DNA from: Candidatus Bathyarchaeia archaeon
GTDB lineage: Archaea > Thermoproteota > Bathyarchaeia > 40CM-2-53-6
Direction: 5' to 3'
Length of the DNA: 64,000 nucleotides
NCBI GenBank assembly: GCA_049513715.1
Contig: JBEKVV010000001.1
Span: 768,001-832,000, forward strand
The translations under genes were made by a program, and so were the position numbers. The notes beneath the pieces were generated by a model. That model made no database searches and was not told the DNA's origin. It saw only the letters and a program-made list of their open reading frames with translations. Each line of letters starts with the position of its first letter. The stretch's first letter is position 1. Of this stretch, positions 59,560 through 64,000 are shown in pieces.

Positions 59560-60171
59560 ATGGGTGCACAACAAGACACGACTCAACCCGCAGAACAAGG
59601 AATCCTCTCACTTGTCGCCGGCAACGAGAAACTACGCGTTGCCATATTGAAGAATGATGCCTTCATTCAACGAAACAGAATCCTCGAATCCATATTAGCT
59701 CTAACTGCACAAAGGGGCGCGTTCAGCCAAGTCTACTTGGCTGTGCCTAGGCTCCTCGGCACCGCAATAGACGCTGCCCTATTCCGCTCACATGGCATCG
59801 GATTAGTGCTGTTTGACGAACGTAGAATCGAGGAGGTTGTTGCCCCTCAACCGATTCAAGCGCCACCACCCCAAGAACCGTCGTCCCGTGGTCCCGACCC
59901 AGCAGTCGTGACAGAGCTGGCGACGCTGAAATCAATGTACGCCGAGATGGAAAGAAGCATCACAAGGCTTCGAGATGAATTGAAAGGATTCCAAGAAATG
60001 CCTAGGGCCGCTTCCCCCACTATAGAACCAATCACCCGACCACCGTCGCTCCAACCCAACCCAATCTTCGCTGGCCAAGGTGGTCAGCTGCCATCTTTCT
60101 TCAGCAATAATCCGTGGTTAGATGTCCTCTCGAAACGTGGAAGAGTTGAGGAAGAGCAATTTGCCGCCTGA
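59560..60171 (+). CDS. arcadin-2-like protein
   Basis: Directly after crenactin; coiled coil and C-terminal NNPWLDVLSKR helix resembling the arcadin-2 actin-binding tail. Confidence 0.7.
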   Translation: MGAQQDTTQPAEQGILSLVAGNEKLRVAILKNDAFIQRNRILESILALTAQRGAFSQVYLAVPRLLGTAIDAALFRSHGIGLVLFDERRIEEVVAPQPIQAPPPQEPSSRGPDPAVVTELATLKSMYAEMERSITRLRDELKGFQEMPRAASPTIEPITRPPSLQPNPIFAGQGGQLPSFFSNNPWLDVLSKRGRVEEEQFAA

Positions 60172-60436
60172 GACCGTCATCAAAGTACCAATACGAAGAA
60201 TCCCGGTCGTCATAGATACCAAAGACCCTCTGGCACCTGAGCTTGGGCTCGACGATTTCCGCAAACTGTTCGGCCAAGATCCTCAACCTGACAGGTACAG
60301 AGTGATTAGTATCGAGGTGATTACGTCCCCGGACGACCAGCAACCCATGCTCGTTTCGGAATGCGGCAGATATTCGAGGTTTTTGCGCAGGGAAGCCGAC
60401 AATATTTACTTTAGAAGGGAACTCGATGCTCTATAG
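60161..60436 (+). CDS. hypothetical protein in the crenactin operon
   Basis: TTG start overlaps the end of the arcadin-2-like gene. Confidence 0.6.
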   Translation: MPPETVIKVPIRRIPVVIDTKDPLAPELGLDDFRKLFGQDPQPDRYRVISIEVITSPDDQQPMLVSECGRYSRFLRREADNIYFRRELDAL

Positions 60437-60737
60437 GCCCGAAAACGCCTTGAAGGTCCCCTAGTGATTTCAGAAATCCCAAAAATGAACAAATTCAGAC
60501 GTGTTCAGGCCTACAGCATGTATCACATGTATCTACAACTTGAATATCGGTGGAGCGCGTCCTGTTGGGCGGTTTGCCTCGAAAATGCTAAGATCCAGCG
60601 CAAGGCTTAAATACGATTATGCCAGGATTATTATAGCTTTCGGGCCGGATGACGTGTTCTGAAGCAGAACGACGTCCGTGGTTGTTCTACTGAGGAGAGA
60701 TGGCTCGAGCGTTAAGCATGGAAAAGGTTGAACAAAA

Positions 60738-61670
60738 ATGAGTACGAGCACAACAACAAGGAAAGTTGGAAAAGTAACCAATTGCCCCGAATGTGGCAGT
60801 GCGAACCTCGTAGAGGATTATGATCTCGGAGAAATCATCTGCCATGACTGCGGCTTGGTCCTTAGCGAGCATGCCCTGAACCAGGGACCTGAATGGCGGG
60901 CCTTTACCAAAGAAGAGAAAGATGAGCGTGGACGCGTAGGTATTCCGACGTCATTCTCGATTCATGATAAGGGACTTTCAACCGTAATAGACCGAGTAAA
61001 CAGAGACGCCTATGGCCGACAACTTCCGCTGGCCACGAGGCTTGAAATGCTGAGGTTGAGGAAATGGCAGATCCGAACCAGGGTGCATTCCTCAGCTGAC
61101 AGAAACTTGGCTCAAGCGATGGCTGAGCTTGACCGCCTGACAGACATGCTCCACATCCCAGCCTCAATAAAGGAACGCGCCGCAATTGTTTACCGCAAAG
61201 CCTTGGATAACGGCCTAGTTAGAGGTCGCTCAATCGCAGCAATTGCAGCCGCATCACTGTACGCCGCATGCAGAATGTCCGAAACCCCAAGAACGCTCAA
61301 AGATGTTTCCGCGGCAAGCAGAATCCGCAAGAAAGACGTCGCCAGATGCTACAGACTACTAGTCAGAGAGCTAGACTTACGAATGCCAGTTGAAGACCCA
61401 GTCAAATGCATCTCTAAGATCGCAACGAAAGTGGAGATATCAATGCCAACGCAACAGCGCGCAATCAAAATCATCAACGAGGCCAAGAGGATGGGCATTG
61501 TTGCCGGCAAGGACCCAATGGGATTAGCTGCTGCATCGCTCTACGTGGCTTGTGTGCTAGAAGGGGAAAAGAAAACCCAGAAAGAGATAGCTGAAGTAGC
61601 CAACGTCACCGAAGTTACCGTTAGAAACAGGTACAAGGGTCTCAAAGAAGCCCTGAAACTTGACATCTAA
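60738..61670 (+). CDS. tfb: transcription initiation factor B
   Basis: CPECGS zinc ribbon, GPEWRAF, GRS, GKDPMG, VTEVTVRNRY. Confidence 0.97.
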   Translation: MSTSTTTRKVGKVTNCPECGSANLVEDYDLGEIICHDCGLVLSEHALNQGPEWRAFTKEEKDERGRVGIPTSFSIHDKGLSTVIDRVNRDAYGRQLPLATRLEMLRLRKWQIRTRVHSSADRNLAQAMAELDRLTDMLHIPASIKERAAIVYRKALDNGLVRGRSIAAIAAASLYAACRMSETPRTLKDVSAASRIRKKDVARCYRLLVRELDLRMPVEDPVKCISKIATKVEISMPTQQRAIKIINEAKRMGIVAGKDPMGLAAASLYVACVLEGEKKTQKEIAEVANVTEVTVRNRYKGLKEALKLDI

Positions 61671-64000
61671 CACGGTTGACGCGGCTTAACAGCTGTCTCA
61701 AACCTTTCTTTTATTTTCCCGATGATTTCCCGTTCGCTCATGCCGAACACTATTGCTTTGCATTCCAATGCGTTCCGTATTGGGTGAACCTTCACTCCTT
61801 CATCCGTTAGGATCCGCATTTCGTCTGAGGCGTTTTCGAAATTCGCTGAAGGCAATACTAGATCCGTCACGCGAACACGACGTGACTTCAGGATCCCAAT
61901 AATTTTCCCTGTCTGCGTCCCGTAGCCACCCAATCCTCCGACGGGCCCAATGTCGAGCTTTACTCCAATCGTTCCTGTGGCAACGATGGACGGCGAAATT
62001 GACAATCCTGAAAGCTCTGATACGAGAGAAAGGACCATAGCCAATCCTGCACTTGGCCCAGAAACACCTTGGCCTAGCCCGCCCTCCAGAATGCTGCGCA
62101 CTTGGAAGTGTACGTGCACCTTGCTCAAGTCGATGCCACTAACGCTCCAGAGCCATGACCTGACCGCTTCGGCCGCGTTTTCAGCACTTTGAGGTACCGA
62201 CTGGTCCGGAATTACTGCTTGACCAATAACAGCGGATGTCGAGTTGCCTGTCACAGACACGGGCTGCTCTCCGGCAACGATGGGTCTGACAGAGCATTCG
62301 ACCGTAATGATCCCTCCACTGCCGTCCTCTGTGGCATACAATCCGTAAGAGGCTCCGGCGATCGGAGTCGTCGGAATCAGCGCCTCTTCCATCTCCCTCC
62401 GCTGATGCTCTTGGGTTGACTCCAACGCTTGGATTGCTTTCTCGAAATGATAGAGTCGAATGGGGTAATTTGATTCATCTATCCCGCTGAGGTCTGGCAA
62501 CGGTTTCTCGCTTTTTGAGATTTCGATGACATCTTCCAGCCGTTTCAGGTCTGCTTCGTATCGTTTTCTGACAGATGAGGCTTCGACGCCTTCCTTCTTG
62601 GCTCTGAGCTCATATACTGCGCTAAGCTCGGACGCCCACAACCGGTGTGCCTCCGATATGGTCTCGGCGGCTGCTCGCGGGCTAAGGATCCGTTGCAATC
62701 TGAACAGGCGTGTGATTTTCGGCGCGTCAATCTCTGCGTGGAGAAAGCGTTTGAATTTTCTGAGGTGAATTTCTACAACCTCGTTCCATTCCCTGTCGTT
62801 GAGGGGCGTGTGAATGTAGAAGACGTTTGGTTCAAAGCGGTCCCTGGTTGCATTGTCTATGAGATTTTCTTTGTTCGAGGCTGCGATTATGACAATTCCT
62901 TCGTCCGGTTTGATTTCACTTAGCTCCGACTTGACCTGGGCGAGGATCTTGTTCCCGGTCGGATCTGCTCCCCAGAAAATTGCGTCTGCCTCGTCGAGGA
63001 ACAGTATGCACGGGGACCGTTGCCTTGCCACGGCAAACAGGTCCTTAATGCGCTTCTCTGGTTCACCGATGTAGCTTGCGCCGCTCATGAGTTCGCCGCC
63101 TCTGACTTTTATGAAAACAACTTTGTTCTCAGCAGCCGCGACTGAGGCCAGCAACGTTTTCCCTGTACCTGGTGGTCCGAAAAGCAAGAAACTGCAGTTC
63201 GAAGCGTACCCTAGCTCCGACATTTTGCGGTTGAAAGCGAGCGATATGTGGTTAAGCACTTTGTCGCGAACATCATGCAACCCCCCGATATCGTCTCGGG
63301 AAACCTTAGGCGCAACAATGTAAACGGAGTCCATGATTTCCTGGGACTTCCCCTGCTCAACGTAGAATTTCATAGAGTGGGCCGCTAGAGCGAAATCCTC
63401 TAGGGTTACTTTGTAGATTGGTTTGGTCCACTTTGAAAGCGGGCCAGGCATCGACCTTCTTATCGTCTCCAGCAGGGGCACTTCTTTGGCCCGTTTAACT
63501 TCCCTGAAGACGCTCATGATGTCGTTGGGCGTTATCGAGCCATGCCGTCTTAGCGCTGCCTCCCGTTCCATAACCTCCAACACCTCAGTAGGTGAGACGC
63601 CGCGCCACCCTTCTTCGCTCAACCTTTCCGTAACGATGACCAAATGCATGTCCCTTGTTACACCCGAGTCCAAATCTACACGCGTCAGGCGCCTACGAAT
63701 ATCTTCCCGGGTCTGTTCGTATGAGTTTGTGGCCACGATCACGAGCGTTCTTGAATCATTGTTGAGAATCTTGTCGAGCCAGCGGTTGATTTCATCCTGA
63801 ACTCGCGTATCTTCCAGTTCGGTGCCTGTATCTCCTCGAACTTTCTTGCCGAAGCTTTGAAACTCGTCTATGTAGATCACAGAAGGTGATGTTGATGCTT
63901 GCTCCAATAATCGCCCAATCTGTTTCGTGCTCCTGCCGTAGTATTCTGAAAAGACATCTGACCCTTTGATGATTATGGGCGATACGAGGACGCCGTTCTT
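61667..64000 (-). CDS. tandem AAA ATPase fused to a Lon-type (S16) protease domain, 5'-truncated by the window edge
   Basis: Frame open to 64000; first AAA module with SEYYG and IYIDE; second with GPPGTGKT and LFLDEAD; C-terminal GPSAG and PVGG. Confidence 0.88.
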   Translation of the reverse strand, partial: KNGVLVSPIIIKGSDVFSEYYGRSTKQIGRLLEQASTSPSVIYIDEFQSFGKKVRGDTGTELEDTRVQDEINRWLDKILNNDSRTLVIVATNSYEQTREDIRRRLTRVDLDSGVTRDMHLVIVTERLSEEGWRGVSPTEVLEVMEREAALRRHGSITPNDIMSVFREVKRAKEVPLLETIRRSMPGPLSKWTKPIYKVTLEDFALAAHSMKFYVEQGKSQEIMDSVYIVAPKVSRDDIGGLHDVRDKVLNHISLAFNRKMSELGYASNCSFLLFGPPGTGKTLLASVAAAENKVVFIKVRGGELMSGASYIGEPEKRIKDLFAVARQRSPCILFLDEADAIFWGADPTGNKILAQVKSELSEIKPDEGIVIIAASNKENLIDNATRDRFEPNVFYIHTPLNDREWNEVVEIHLRKFKRFLHAEIDAPKITRLFRLQRILSPRAAAETISEAHRLWASELSAVYELRAKKEGVEASSVRKRYEADLKRLEDVIEISKSEKPLPDLSGIDESNYPIRLYHFEKAIQALESTQEHQRREMEEALIPTTPIAGASYGLYATEDGSGGIITVECSVRPIVAGEQPVSVTGNSTSAVIGQAVIPDQSVPQSAENAAEAVRSWLWSVSGIDLSKVHVHFQVRSILEGGLGQGVSGPSAGLAMVLSLVSELSGLSISPSIVATGTIGVKLDIGPVGGLGGYGTQTGKIIGILKSRRVRVTDLVLPSANFENASDEMRILTDEGVKVHPIRNALECKAIVFGMSEREIIGKIKERFETAVKPRQPC

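Overview
Archaeal chromosomal window. The translated proteins and a multi-intron tRNA point to a TACK-group archaeon, most plausibly Bathyarchaeia; this is inference, not a database result. About 1-15.7 kb is housekeeping and metabolic: the membrane part of a complex I-like operon (nuoA-H-J), a prenyl diphosphate synthase, TPI, FBP aldolase/phosphatase, a 2-hydroxyacid dehydrogenase, acyl-CoA dehydrogenase with fixCX-fixAB, a dCTP deaminase-like gene and AlaX. About 15.7-19.2 kb is a small accessory segment with paired palindromic direct repeats, DNA-binding genes, a pseudogene and a candidate structured RNA. Next come CoA-biosynthesis genes and a tRNA-Gln(CTG) that can be parsed as carrying four BHB-type introns. 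About 22-58 kb is mostly accessory: an Ala-Cys-Gly ammonia-lyase, the thermosome, stress-type microproteins sharing a conserved promoter, a CFI-box-CTERM surface protein, several pseudogenes, peptidases and transporters. The window ends with an AbrB-like/crenactin/arcadin-2-like cytoskeletal operon, TFB, and a 5'-truncated tandem classic-AAA ATPase fused to a Lon-type protease domain. All calls come from reading motifs by eye; no searches were run.
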